From: an uncultured delta proteobacterium
Lineage (GTDB): Bacteria > Desulfobacterota > Binatia > Binatales > Binataceae
Direction of reading: 5' to 3'
Assembly (NCBI GenBank): GCA_963765675.1
Contig: CAVXXK010000001.1
Location: 1,696,001 to 1,760,000, forward strand
DNA: 64,000 nucleotides
In this document: positions 20,276 to 28,716 of the stretch, piece after piece
How positions within the stretch are numbered: position 1 is the stretch's first letter
How the letters are laid out: every line of letters starts with the position of its first letter
Position numbers and translations under genes: made by a program
Notes under the pieces: generated by a model
Database searches by the model: none
What the model was told of the DNA's origin: nothing
Seen by the model: only the letters and a program-made list of their open reading frames with translations

Positions 20276-20884
20276 TCAATCGAGCAGGCCGGGTACCGGC
20301 TCGACTACGATCCGCCGAGCGTCGAGGTCCATCGCTTTGACCACGTCCGCGATAACCGGCACCAGGATTTCTTTGCCGCCGTCGCGGACCACGAGCACGT
20401 CATTGGCTCCGGTGGATAGAACCTCCTCGACGAGGCCGAGCCTCCTCCCGTCGGTCAGCACGACCTCGCAACCCACCGCCTGATAGTAATAGAACTCGCC
20501 CGGTCCGGCCGTTGGGAGTTCGGAGGCAGCAATCAGCACGATTGCGCCTTTGAGCGCTTCCGCGTGATCGGCGCTGGAGAGGCCCTCCAGGATGAGCCGG
20601 AGCATTCCGCCGCCGGCGCGCGACACGCTCAGCAGGTCATATTCACGGCGCTCGCCGCCGAGGTCGAGCGTGAGCCGCGTCGCATCGGCAAAAGCCCCGG
20701 AATCGGGATTGTCCGGGCGCATCCGCAGCGCGCCGGAAAGGCCGTGCGCGCCGGCAATTCGTCCGACGCGGATCATCGCTGGATCGGAATCGGCGTGAAC
20801 GGAATTTTCTTCAAGATGCGGTCGGTCCTCGATTGAGGAGGACGCGGGGGAATGCGGGCGCGAAGGCCGCTCGGCCGATACCAT
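20276..20884 (-). CDS. rimM: Ribosome maturation factor RimM (start 20884 or 20776)
   Basis: 'VGRIAGAHGLSG', 'GEFYYYQAVG', 'TGANDVLVV..ILVPVIADVV'. Confidence 0.95.
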   Translation of the reverse strand: MVSAERPSRPHSPASSSIEDRPHLEENSVHADSDPAMIRVGRIAGAHGLSGALRMRPDNPDSGAFADATRLTLDLGGERREYDLLSVSRAGGGMLRLILEGLSSADHAEALKGAIVLIAASELPTAGPGEFYYYQAVGCEVVLTDGRRLGLVEEVLSTGANDVLVVRDGGKEILVPVIADVVKAMDLDARRIVVEPVPGLLD

Positions 20885-20888
20885 CGCG

Positions 20889-21125
20889 CTACTTGTCTTC
20901 GATAATCTCGAGGACGACCTTGCGATTCGTGCGCGACGCGACCGCATTCAGGATCGTCCGGATCGATTTGGCGGTCCGGCCCTGCTTGCCGATCACGCGG
21001 CCGAGGTCTTCCTTGGCGACGCGCAACTCGAGGACCGAGGCGGTGTCGCCCTGGGTCTCTTTGACCTCGACGGCGTCGGGATTATTGACCAGTTGTTGCG
21101 CCAGGAACTGAACCAGCTCCTTCAT
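20889..21125 (-). CDS. khpA: KH-domain RNA-binding protein KhpA
   Basis: 'DLGRVIGKQGRTAKSIRTIL'; located between rpsP and rimM. Confidence 0.95.
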   Translation of the reverse strand: MKELVQFLAQQLVNNPDAVEVKETQGDTASVLELRVAKEDLGRVIGKQGRTAKSIRTILNAVASRTNRKVVLEIIEDK

Positions 21126-21151
21126 GGTTGGCCCCGTTGCAGCGGGTCGCG

Positions 21152-21406
21152 TCAGGCGGAGGTCGCTGCGTTAGAAACCTGCTTGATCAACTTCCTTACC
21201 GTGTCGCTGGGCTTTGCTCCAACTTTGAGCCAGCGCTCGACGTGATCCTTTTTGATCGCGACCCGCGGCGGATTAAACGCCGGGTCGTAAGTGCCGATCT
21301 GATCGACAAAGCGGCCATCGCGGGGCGCGCGCGAATCCGCCACCACGATCCGGTAGAAGGGTTTCTTTTTGCCGCCATGGCGGCGCAGTCGGATTACCAG
21401 TGCCAT
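21152..21406 (-). CDS. rpsP: 30S ribosomal protein S16
   Basis: '[34 protein letters not shown]'. Confidence 0.98.
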   Translation of the reverse strand: MALVIRLRRHGGKKKPFYRIVVADSRAPRDGRFVDQIGTYDPAFNPPRVAIKKDHVERWLKVGAKPSDTVRKLIKQVSNAATSA

Positions 21407-21419
21407 CGTATCTCCTATT

Positions 21420-22760
21420 CTAGCTCCCGAAGCCCATTCCGCGCATCATGGATTTTCCTGCGCCGAGCTTGGTCAGTTTTTTCATCATCTTGCGGGTCTG
21501 GTCGAATTGTTTGAGGAAGCGGTTGATCTCCTGGACCGAAGTCCCGCTGCCGGCGGCGATCCGGATGCGCCGCTTGCCATTCAGGATCAGGTGATTCTCG
21601 CGCTCCTGGATAGTCATCGAATCGATTATCGCCTGGATTCGCTTGAGCTCGAGGTTGGCCTGCTCGGAGTCGGCCGCCCCGGCGAGCTTCTTCAGTCCCG
21701 GGATCATCCCGATCAAATCTCCGAGCGAGCCCATCTTCTTGATAGCCTTCATCTGCTCAGCGAAATCGGTGATTGTGAATTCGTTTTTCTTGAACTTGCG
21801 CTGCAGCTCTTTGGCCTTGGTGGCGTCGTAGTTGGTCTGCGCCTTTTCGATCAGCGTCAGCACGTCGCCCATCCCCAAAATCCGCGAAGAGAGGCGGTCG
21901 GGATGAAAAATCTCGAATGAATCGAGCTTCTCGCCCAGGCCGACGAACAGGATCGGCGCGCCCGTCACCGCGCGCACTGAAAGCGCCGCGCCGCCGCGCG
22001 CGTCGGAGTCGAGCTTGGTCAGGATCACGCCGGAGAGCCCGAGCCGCTCATGAAATCCGAGCGCGACGTTGGCGGCCTCTTGCCCCGTCATCGCGTCGGC
22101 GACGAAGACGATATGATGCGGAGTCAACGCGGCCTTGAGGCGCGAGAGCTCGTCCATCAGCTCCTCGTCGATCTGCAAACGGCCCGCGGTGTCGATAATG
22201 ATCGCGTCGTGGCCGCCGGCGTCCGCTCGCGCCATCGCGCGCGACGCGATCTCGACCGGGTCCTCGGTCTCGCGGCTTTCGAGCACTGGAACCTCAACCT
22301 GCGCGCCCAGCACGCGCAACTGCTCCATCGCGGCCGGACGGTAGATATCGGTCGAGACGAGCAGCGGATGCCGCTTGCGCTCGTTCTTGAGCCACTTGGC
22401 GAGCTTCGCGCCGTGGGTGGTTTTGCCCGCGCCCTGCAGCCCAACCAGCATAATCTTGACAGGCGGCTTGACCTTGAGATCGAGCTCGCGCGCCTGCCCC
22501 CCCATCACCTGGGTCAGCTCGTTCGAGACGAAGCGGACCAGATGCTGCTCCGGAGTGAGCGAGCGCAGGACTTCCTGGCCTAGCGCGCGGGTTCGTACAT
22601 GCTCGACGAAATCGCGAACGACCTTGATATTGACGTCGGCCTCGAGCAGGGCAAGGCGGACCTCGCGCAGCGCATCTTCGATATTGCGCTCGGTGATCCG
22701 CCCTTGGCCTTTGAGCTTCTTGAAGACGCCTTCGAGGCGATCGCTAAGGGTGTCGAACAT
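21420..22760 (-). CDS. ffh: Signal recognition particle protein Ffh
   Basis: 'ALLEADV', [18 protein letters not shown], 'ARGGAALS', M domain 'IIDSMT'. Confidence 0.98.
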   Translation of the reverse strand: MFDTLSDRLEGVFKKLKGQGRITERNIEDALREVRLALLEADVNIKVVRDFVEHVRTRALGQEVLRSLTPEQHLVRFVSNELTQVMGGQARELDLKVKPPVKIMLVGLQGAGKTTHGAKLAKWLKNERKRHPLLVSTDIYRPAAMEQLRVLGAQVEVPVLESRETEDPVEIASRAMARADAGGHDAIIIDTAGRLQIDEELMDELSRLKAALTPHHIVFVADAMTGQEAANVALGFHERLGLSGVILTKLDSDARGGAALSVRAVTGAPILFVGLGEKLDSFEIFHPDRLSSRILGMGDVLTLIEKAQTNYDATKAKELQRKFKKNEFTITDFAEQMKAIKKMGSLGDLIGMIPGLKKLAGAADSEQANLELKRIQAIIDSMTIQERENHLILNGKRRIRIAAGSGTSVQEINRFLKQFDQTRKMMKKLTKLGAGKSMMRGMGFGS

Positions 22761-22884
22761 AAGTCAGAGCCGGATGCGGCCGGTACAGGATGCGGTGCTG
22801 GTACTTCCGATACGAGATCAGTCTAGCAAACCGCCGAGGTTAGGCCAGCACATCAAGGCAGTCAATCACCCAGTCTGGTCTGAT

Positions 22885-22934
22885 TGATTCCTCCCCGCGT
22901 TTTTTCACGGGAGGAGGATTAAAGGAGGGGGTGC
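22885..22934 (+). repeat. 50-bp REP-like repeat, near-copy at 14633..14682
   Basis: Same ends and internal hairpin as the 14633 copy. Confidence 0.75.
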
Positions 22935-22964
22935 CTGCTTTTCCTGCCGCGCGGAAACGCACGC

Positions 22965-23290
22965 TCATTCACAAGGGATCCGGTCGATCGATCCGTCGTG
23001 GAGCCTCAAGACCACGTCGCGCGAGACCTCGAGCTCCAGCGCCGCCGCCTTTGCGATACCGCCATAGAGTCAGCGCAGGATCCGGCTGATCACGCCGTGC
23101 GCGACGGCAATCAAGCGCTCGCGCTGCGCGTTGTCGGAGAGCCATTGGCGCACACGCGACGAGACTGCCGCGAGCGTCTCGCCGTCGGGAGATTGAAAAA
23201 TACCAGTCGTAGCGTCCGCTGTGATCGAGCGCTCCGGGCCAGCACGAGGCGACTTCGTCCCGCACCAGGGAGGCATTCAGAGCCGCCGGT
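22965..23290 (-). pseudogene. Histidine phosphatase (phosphoglycerate mutase family) remnant
   Basis: Reconstructed 'WYFQSPDGETLAAVSSRVRQWL..LIAVAHGVISRILR*LYGG..IDRIPCE'; no N-terminal RHG; frameshift in T5 run near 23198; in-frame TGA 23070..23072. Confidence 0.7.
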
Positions 23291-23312
23291 GGGCGTGTCG
23301 TAGCGCGGATTT

Positions 23313-23795
23313 TCAGGAACGCGAGATGGCCCAGGTCGAGGACGCGGTCGCGGCGACCTCGCCTGTCGCCGAGACGACGCTCGCCTCCAGGAATGCGAGC
23401 GCGCGCGTGCGCCGCAAGACGCGCGCGGTGCCGGTGATCGCTCCGGGTATCAGAACGCGCAAATACGACAGCTTTATCTCCGCAGTGACAGCGAACTCGT
23501 CGCGTTCAAGGACTGAGCCGATTGCGGTCGAGAACATTTCATCGACGAAGATTCCAATATATCCGCCGCCGATAGTGCCGAAGGGATTCAGGACTTGCGC
23601 CGGATGCTCGCGCCACTCCCATCGCGAAGTTCCCGGACCGAATTCGACCGGACGCATCCCGAGCACGCGGCTGGCGGTAGCATAATCGGCGACCCGATTC
23701 TCGCGGATGATTTGATTTATCTTTGAAAGCGACCGCAGTGGCGAATGATCCGACAATGCTGATACTCCCGGCGACTGATTTCGCGCCGAGAGCAC
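23313..23795 (-). CDS. PaaI family thioesterase (hot-dog fold)
   Basis: 'LNPFGTIGGG..FVDE', 'VTAEIKLSYLR', 'GEVAATASST'. Confidence 0.85.
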   Translation of the reverse strand: MLSARNQSPGVSALSDHSPLRSLSKINQIIRENRVADYATASRVLGMRPVEFGPGTSRWEWREHPAQVLNPFGTIGGGYIGIFVDEMFSTAIGSVLERDEFAVTAEIKLSYLRVLIPGAITGTARVLRRTRALAFLEASVVSATGEVAATASSTWAISRS

Positions 23796-23932
23796 AGTCG
23801 TGAGCGTCGGCGCTCGACCAGATTACCGGGACGTGCGCGCAGAATCATCCGCTGCGATCGCGAGACCGCATTTTCGAACCTGATGCGATCCGATCGTCCC
23901 CGGGTTCCGCAAACCAGGGACCAAGTCGAGGA

Positions 23933-24034
23933 CTAGCCGGCGGCGGTGGAGAGGTAGCTTGCGATCATCAGGGCTCCGACAGTGAGAGCCGATCCCAATA
24001 CGACGAATACCGCCATCTTGGCCTTGCTGCCCAT
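23933..24034 (-). CDS. 33-aa single-TM small protein MGSKAKMAVFVVLGSALTVGALMIASYLSTAAG
   Basis: RBS AAGGGAGGT just upstream of ATG; one hydrophobic helix after a basic N-terminus; below the ORF-track size cut-off. Confidence 0.65.
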   Translation of the reverse strand: MGSKAKMAVFVVLGSALTVGALMIASYLSTAAG

Positions 24035-24149
24035 CGGTGACCTCCCTTGGAACGCGGCGCGAGAGCCGGTTCCGGGTAATCAGCCATTACAATCGCTTAT
24101 CTAAAGAATCAGTTACGCCGATGCGTGGTGAAAGGCAATATGCCCCGCA

Positions 24150-25682
24150 CTACAGCGGGGCGCGGTCGAGGGAGCGGTACTGGATTGCTTCGCTGACGTG
24201 GTGCGCCGCGATCGCGGGGGCGTCTTCGAGGTCGGCGATCGTGCGCGCGACCTTCAGGATTCGGGTGTAGGCGCGGGCCGACAATCCGAGCCGGTTGATC
24301 GCGAGCTCGAGCAGTTTTTCGCCCGCGCTCTCGACCGCGCAATGCTGATGCAGCTCGCGCGCGCCCATCTGCGCATTGCAATACATCGGCATCCCCGCGA
24401 AACGGCTCAGTTGATGCGCCCGCGCGCGATTGACGCGCTCGCGGATTGCGGCGGAGGTCTCTCCGGCGCGCTTGTCGGTCAGGTCTTTGTACTTCACCGC
24501 AGGCACTTCGATATGGATATCGATCCGATCGAGCAACGGACCGGAGATTCGCGAACGGTAGCGCGCGATCTCAAGCGGCGAGCACGAGCACTCGTGCTGT
24601 GGGTCGGTGTAGAATCCGCACGGGCACGGGTTCATCGCCGCGATCAGCATCACGCTGGCCGGGAAGGTGAGCGTGCCCATCACGCGCGAGATCGTGATCT
24701 TCGAATCCTCGAGCGGTTGGCGCAGCACCTCGAGCACGTTCTTGCGGAACTCCGGCAGCTCGTCGAGGAAGAGGACGCCGCGATGCGCCAAGCTGACCTC
24801 GCCGGGACGCGGGATCGGCCCGCCGCCGATCAGGCCCGCGTCGGAGATCGTGTGATGCGGCGAGCGGAACGGGCGCGTCGCGATCAGCGCGCGGCCGTCG
24901 AGCAGGCCCATCACGCTGTGCACCTTGGTGGTCTCGATCGCCTCCTCGAAACTCATCGCGGGCAGGACCGTCGGGAGCCGCTTCGCAAGCATCGTCTTGC
25001 CTGATCCCGGCGGACCGATCATCAGCACGTTATGTCCGCCGGCGGCGGCGACTTCGAGCGCGCGCTTGGCCTGCTCCTGGCCTTTGACCTCGCTGAAATC
25101 GACTTCGTATTTCGCCGCGCTCGCGAACAGCTCGTCGAGATTGGCGAGCGCCGGTTCGATCGAGCGCGTGCCGTCGAAGAACTCGATCGCCTCGCGGATA
25201 TTGCTCACGCCGACGATTGGCGTGCCGTCTCCGACCACGGCGGCCTCGCGCGCGTTCTCGGCCGGCAGCACGGCGCCGTCGAATTTCTGCGCGCGCGCTA
25301 ATAGCGCGGAGGGCAGGGCGCCCTTGATGCCTTTCACGCGCCCGTCAAGCGCGAGTTCGCCCAGAACGAGATAGCGGCGCATCCGACCGCGATCGCGAAT
25401 CTGTCCGTTCGCGCCGAGGAGCGCGATCGCCAGCGGCAGATCGAATGCGGAGCCTTCCTTGCGGGTGTCGGCGGGAGCGAGGTTGATCGTGATCTTGCGG
25501 CCGGGAAAGTCGTAGCCCGAGTTGCGCAGCGCCGATTTGATTCGGTCCAGTGCCTCGAGCACCGACTTCTCCGGCAGCCCGACCATCTTGAGCGCGGGCA
25601 GTCCGCCCGAGATGTCGATCTCGACCTCGACCGGGTACGCATCGACGCCCGCAAGTGCGCTCGAGATAACGCTAGCTAGCAA
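24150..25682 (-). CDS. comM: ComM/YifB Mg-chelatase-like AAA+ ATPase
   Basis: '[18 protein letters not shown]', GPPGSGKTM, 'RPFRSPHHT', '[15 protein letters not shown]', 'AAMNPCPCG'. Confidence 0.95.
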   Translation of the reverse strand: MLASVISSALAGVDAYPVEVEIDISGGLPALKMVGLPEKSVLEALDRIKSALRNSGYDFPGRKITINLAPADTRKEGSAFDLPLAIALLGANGQIRDRGRMRRYLVLGELALDGRVKGIKGALPSALLARAQKFDGAVLPAENAREAAVVGDGTPIVGVSNIREAIEFFDGTRSIEPALANLDELFASAAKYEVDFSEVKGQEQAKRALEVAAAGGHNVLMIGPPGSGKTMLAKRLPTVLPAMSFEEAIETTKVHSVMGLLDGRALIATRPFRSPHHTISDAGLIGGGPIPRPGEVSLAHRGVLFLDELPEFRKNVLEVLRQPLEDSKITISRVMGTLTFPASVMLIAAMNPCPCGFYTDPQHECSCSPLEIARYRSRISGPLLDRIDIHIEVPAVKYKDLTDKRAGETSAAIRERVNRARAHQLSRFAGMPMYCNAQMGARELHQHCAVESAGEKLLELAINRLGLSARAYTRILKVARTIADLEDAPAIAAHHVSEAIQYRSLDRAPL

Positions 25683-25786
25683 CCTGACCCCCCTTACATG
25701 TCGGTGACTACGGAAAGGAACTCTAGCGCAATAAAGGGCACCGCGCGAAGCGGGTTAGCGAGTATTTCGCTTTTAGATCGCTATCG

Positions 25787-27010
25787 CTACGGCCACACCA
25801 CGCCAGAGGCGATCAGCTCGTCGCGCTCGGCGCGGCTTAGGCCGAGGATCTCGCCGAGGACGTAGTCGTTGTTCTCGCCGACGTCGGGACCGATCGATCG
25901 GATCGCGCCGGAGCCGGTTGAAATGCGAAACGGGATCCCGGTCACCTGGGTTGCCGTGCCTGCGGCGGTCGCGACCGTGGGCCAGAAGCCGCGCTCGCGG
26001 AGTTGAGGATCGCGCGCGCAGAGATCGATTCCGTTTTCGACGACTCCCGCCGCGACGCGCGCCGCTTGCAGCGTCGCCATCGCATCTTCCGGCGAGCGCT
26101 CGGCGGTCCATCGCGAGATATGCGCGTCAAGTTCCGCCCGATTCCTGATTCGCAGATAAAGCGTCTGAAATTTCGGATCACTTGCCCACTTGGGTGAATC
26201 CAACGCCGCGGTGAAGCGTTCCCATTCGGCTTGCGTATGCACCGAAATCGCGACCCAGCGGTCGTCGTCGATAGCGCCGTTGGGCGCGTCAGCTTTGCGC
26301 GCGCTGCATCGGTAAATCCCGTGCGGCGCGGCAGGCGCTTCCTGCGAATCGTAGCCGAAGGCCTTTTGCTCGCGTCCATTGACGGAGATATCCAGCAGCG
26401 AGGGGCCGATTACGGCGGCGACCGCCTCGAACTGCGAGAGATCAACGAACTGGCCCTGTCCGGTTCGCTTCCGGCTCCAGAGCGCCGCGAGCGCGGCGAG
26501 CGCGCCGGTGTATCCGCCGCACATGTCGGCGTAGGAATACCCGTAGCCTGCGGGCTCGCCGTCTGGCTCCGCCATCAGCATCGTATATCCGGTCAGCGCC
26601 TGCAGCGTCGGCCCGTAACTGACATAGCTCGAGCGGGGGCCGGTGTGTCCGAGGCCCGACATGCTGACGCAGATGATGTCGGGTTTGATTTTTTTCAGGC
26701 TCTCGTAATCCATCCCCCACGCGCGCATCACGCGGGCCGAGAAATTATCCATCACGAGATCGGATTTCGCGGCGAGCTTGCGCGCGAGCTCGACGCCGCG
26801 CGGATCGCCCATGTTGATTGCGGCGGAAAGCTTGCCGCGATGCAGGTCGCACTGGAGGCCGAGCTTGCGATTACCGAGCGGCGGAGGATTCTTGCGCTCG
26901 ATTTTGACCACCTGCGCGCCGTGATCGGCGAGAATCCGCGTCGCAACCGGACCGGCGACGACCCAAGTGAAATCGAGCACGCGGATTCCTTCGAGCGGCA
27001 GCGGCGGCAT
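25787..27010 (-). CDS. Class III CoA-transferase, catalytic (BbsF-like) subunit
   Basis: 'LEGIRVLDFTWVVAGP..LADHGAQVVKIE'; putative catalytic Asp in 'YSYADM'. Confidence 0.9.
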   Translation of the reverse strand: MPPLPLEGIRVLDFTWVVAGPVATRILADHGAQVVKIERKNPPPLGNRKLGLQCDLHRGKLSAAINMGDPRGVELARKLAAKSDLVMDNFSARVMRAWGMDYESLKKIKPDIICVSMSGLGHTGPRSSYVSYGPTLQALTGYTMLMAEPDGEPAGYGYSYADMCGGYTGALAALAALWSRKRTGQGQFVDLSQFEAVAAVIGPSLLDISVNGREQKAFGYDSQEAPAAPHGIYRCSARKADAPNGAIDDDRWVAISVHTQAEWERFTAALDSPKWASDPKFQTLYLRIRNRAELDAHISRWTAERSPEDAMATLQAARVAAGVVENGIDLCARDPQLRERGFWPTVATAAGTATQVTGIPFRISTGSGAIRSIGPDVGENNDYVLGEILGLSRAERDELIASGVVWP

Positions 27011-27012
27011 CG

Positions 27013-28218
27013 TCAGATAACTCCCTCCGCCGCGAGCGGCGCGAGTTCCGCCGGGGCAAGGTCAAGCTCGCCGCGCAGGATCTCGCCCGAATGCTCTCCC
27101 ACCAGTGGCGGGCGCCGATAGACCCTCCACGGCGTGCCGTTCATCACGTACGGCGGGCCGGGATAGCGAAACGTGCGGCCCAGCTCCGGATGCTCGACTT
27201 CGACAAAGAAGCCGCGTGCCGCGAGCTGCTCGTCGTCGAACAGGGCCTCGGGCTTGAGCACGGTCGCATACGGCTGTCGCAGAAGCTGCGCGCGTTCCAG
27301 CAGCTCGTCGCGGGGATAATCCTTGACCCATTCGTCGAGCACGTCGAACAGATGCTCCGCCATCAGGTAGCGATGCAGCACCTGGTCGTAGGCGGGATCG
27401 TCAAGGTCCTGCGCTTTGCCGTCGGCCTTGACCCATTCGATAAGCGAGGTCCAGTCGCCGAGCGTGCAATGCATGATATGCCCGTCGCGGCATCGCCCGA
27501 CGCGGAAGAACCGGCTCCAGTGCAACGTGCCGCGGCGCGGCTCGGCGATCTTGTTTTCGAAATAGCTGCCGGCAACGTGCTCGACGGCGGCGGCGGTCGC
27601 CTCCTGCATCGAGAGGTCGATCCACGCGCCATCGCCCGAATGGTCGCGCGCGAACAGCGCGCACAGCGCTGCGATCGCGGCGTAATGGGCGGCAGAATGA
27701 TAGGCCTGCAATCCCAGAGGACGCACCGGCGCGCGGCCGGGGAATCCGTTGACGTAGAGCATCCCCGAAAGCGCGCTCAGCACGGTGTCGTCGGCCTTGA
27801 AATCGCGATACGGACCGGTCTGCCCGAAGGGCGCGATCGACAGGAGGATCAGCGCGGGATTCTCGCGCCGCAGATCGTCGAAGCCGAGCCCGAGCCGCGC
27901 CATCGTGCCGGGCGCGAAGCTCTCAACGACGATATCCGCCGAGCGCGCGAGCTTGCGCAGGATTTCCGCGCCGCGCGGATGATGCACGTCGAGCGCGAGC
28001 GCGCGTTTGTTGAGATTATAGAACCAGAAGAACAGCGAGCGATCGGGATGCGGAACGTCGTTGACAAAGGGACCGATACGCCGCGCGGCGTCGCCGCCGG
28101 GCGCCTCGATCTTGATCACGTCGGCGCCGAGATCGGCGAAGATCCGGGCGCATAGCTGAGCGCGATGGTCAGTCAGATCGAGAACGCGTAGGCCCGCGAG
28201 CGCGCCGGGAGGATTCAC
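27013..28218 (-). CDS. Class III CoA-transferase, BbsE-like subunit
   Basis: 'LAGLRVLDL..FADLGADVIKIEAPGGD..SLFFWFYNLNKR'; no Asp at the equivalent catalytic position. Confidence 0.88.
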   Translation of the reverse strand: MNPPGALAGLRVLDLTDHRAQLCARIFADLGADVIKIEAPGGDAARRIGPFVNDVPHPDRSLFFWFYNLNKRALALDVHHPRGAEILRKLARSADIVVESFAPGTMARLGLGFDDLRRENPALILLSIAPFGQTGPYRDFKADDTVLSALSGMLYVNGFPGRAPVRPLGLQAYHSAAHYAAIAALCALFARDHSGDGAWIDLSMQEATAAAVEHVAGSYFENKIAEPRRGTLHWSRFFRVGRCRDGHIMHCTLGDWTSLIEWVKADGKAQDLDDPAYDQVLHRYLMAEHLFDVLDEWVKDYPRDELLERAQLLRQPYATVLKPEALFDDEQLAARGFFVEVEHPELGRTFRYPGPPYVMNGTPWRVYRRPPLVGEHSGEILRGELDLAPAELAPLAAEGVI

Positions 28219-28469
28219 TTTTCGATTTTGCGGGGCGCCTGGCCCAGCCGCTCGATCGCGAACGGGCTCGTGTCGAGTGTCGCCGGAATTTCTTCCAGGA
28301 CTTCGCTGTGGCGTCCGGTGCGTTTGCCGCCGCGGACGCGGATCGTCTCGAAGCTGTCGGGATTGACGTAGCGGACGCCGAGCACGCAGGGCTTGGCTTG
28401 CCCGTCTTCATCGACGGGAACCTCGGCGGGTCCGGGTTTATCGAAGTAAGTAACTTTTCTGATCGACAT
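28215..28469 (-). CDS. 84-aa hypothetical protein translationally coupled to the CoA-transferase pair
   Basis: GTGA stop/start overlap at 28215..28218; host-like codon usage. Confidence 0.65.
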   Translation of the reverse strand: MSIRKVTYFDKPGPAEVPVDEDGQAKPCVLGVRYVNPDSFETIRVRGGKRTGRHSEVLEEIPATLDTSPFAIERLGQAPRKIEK

Positions 28470-28716
28470 CTTGCCGACGCTCCTGCGCCGCTGATGATAC
28501 GAAGCCCGCCCGAGTTATTCAAACGACCGCGACCGACAGATCCGCGCCGTCGCGCCAGGACGTAGCGTCCCACTTGTCCAGCGCGTCGAGATCGGCTTTG
28601 GCTTCGCGCATACGACGGAGGCCATCAAATTGACCCACTACCGGAGCGTTGACGAATGCAATCTTATGTCCACTATCGCTCGCGGAATAAACTGCTTCAC
28701 CGTGGCCGGCGCGCGG

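Noticed and set aside
23070-23072. In-frame TGA as selenocysteine or recoded stop
   Set aside because: The position fits Gly, the gene is also truncated and frameshifted, and TGA is used as a normal stop throughout the window
28519-28716. Open frame continuing past the pnkp TAG, containing a possible 30-aa ORF at 28519..28611
   Set aside because: Pnkp ends at its conserved DPRL terminus; the short ORF has no clear RBS and open frames of this length are common at high GC
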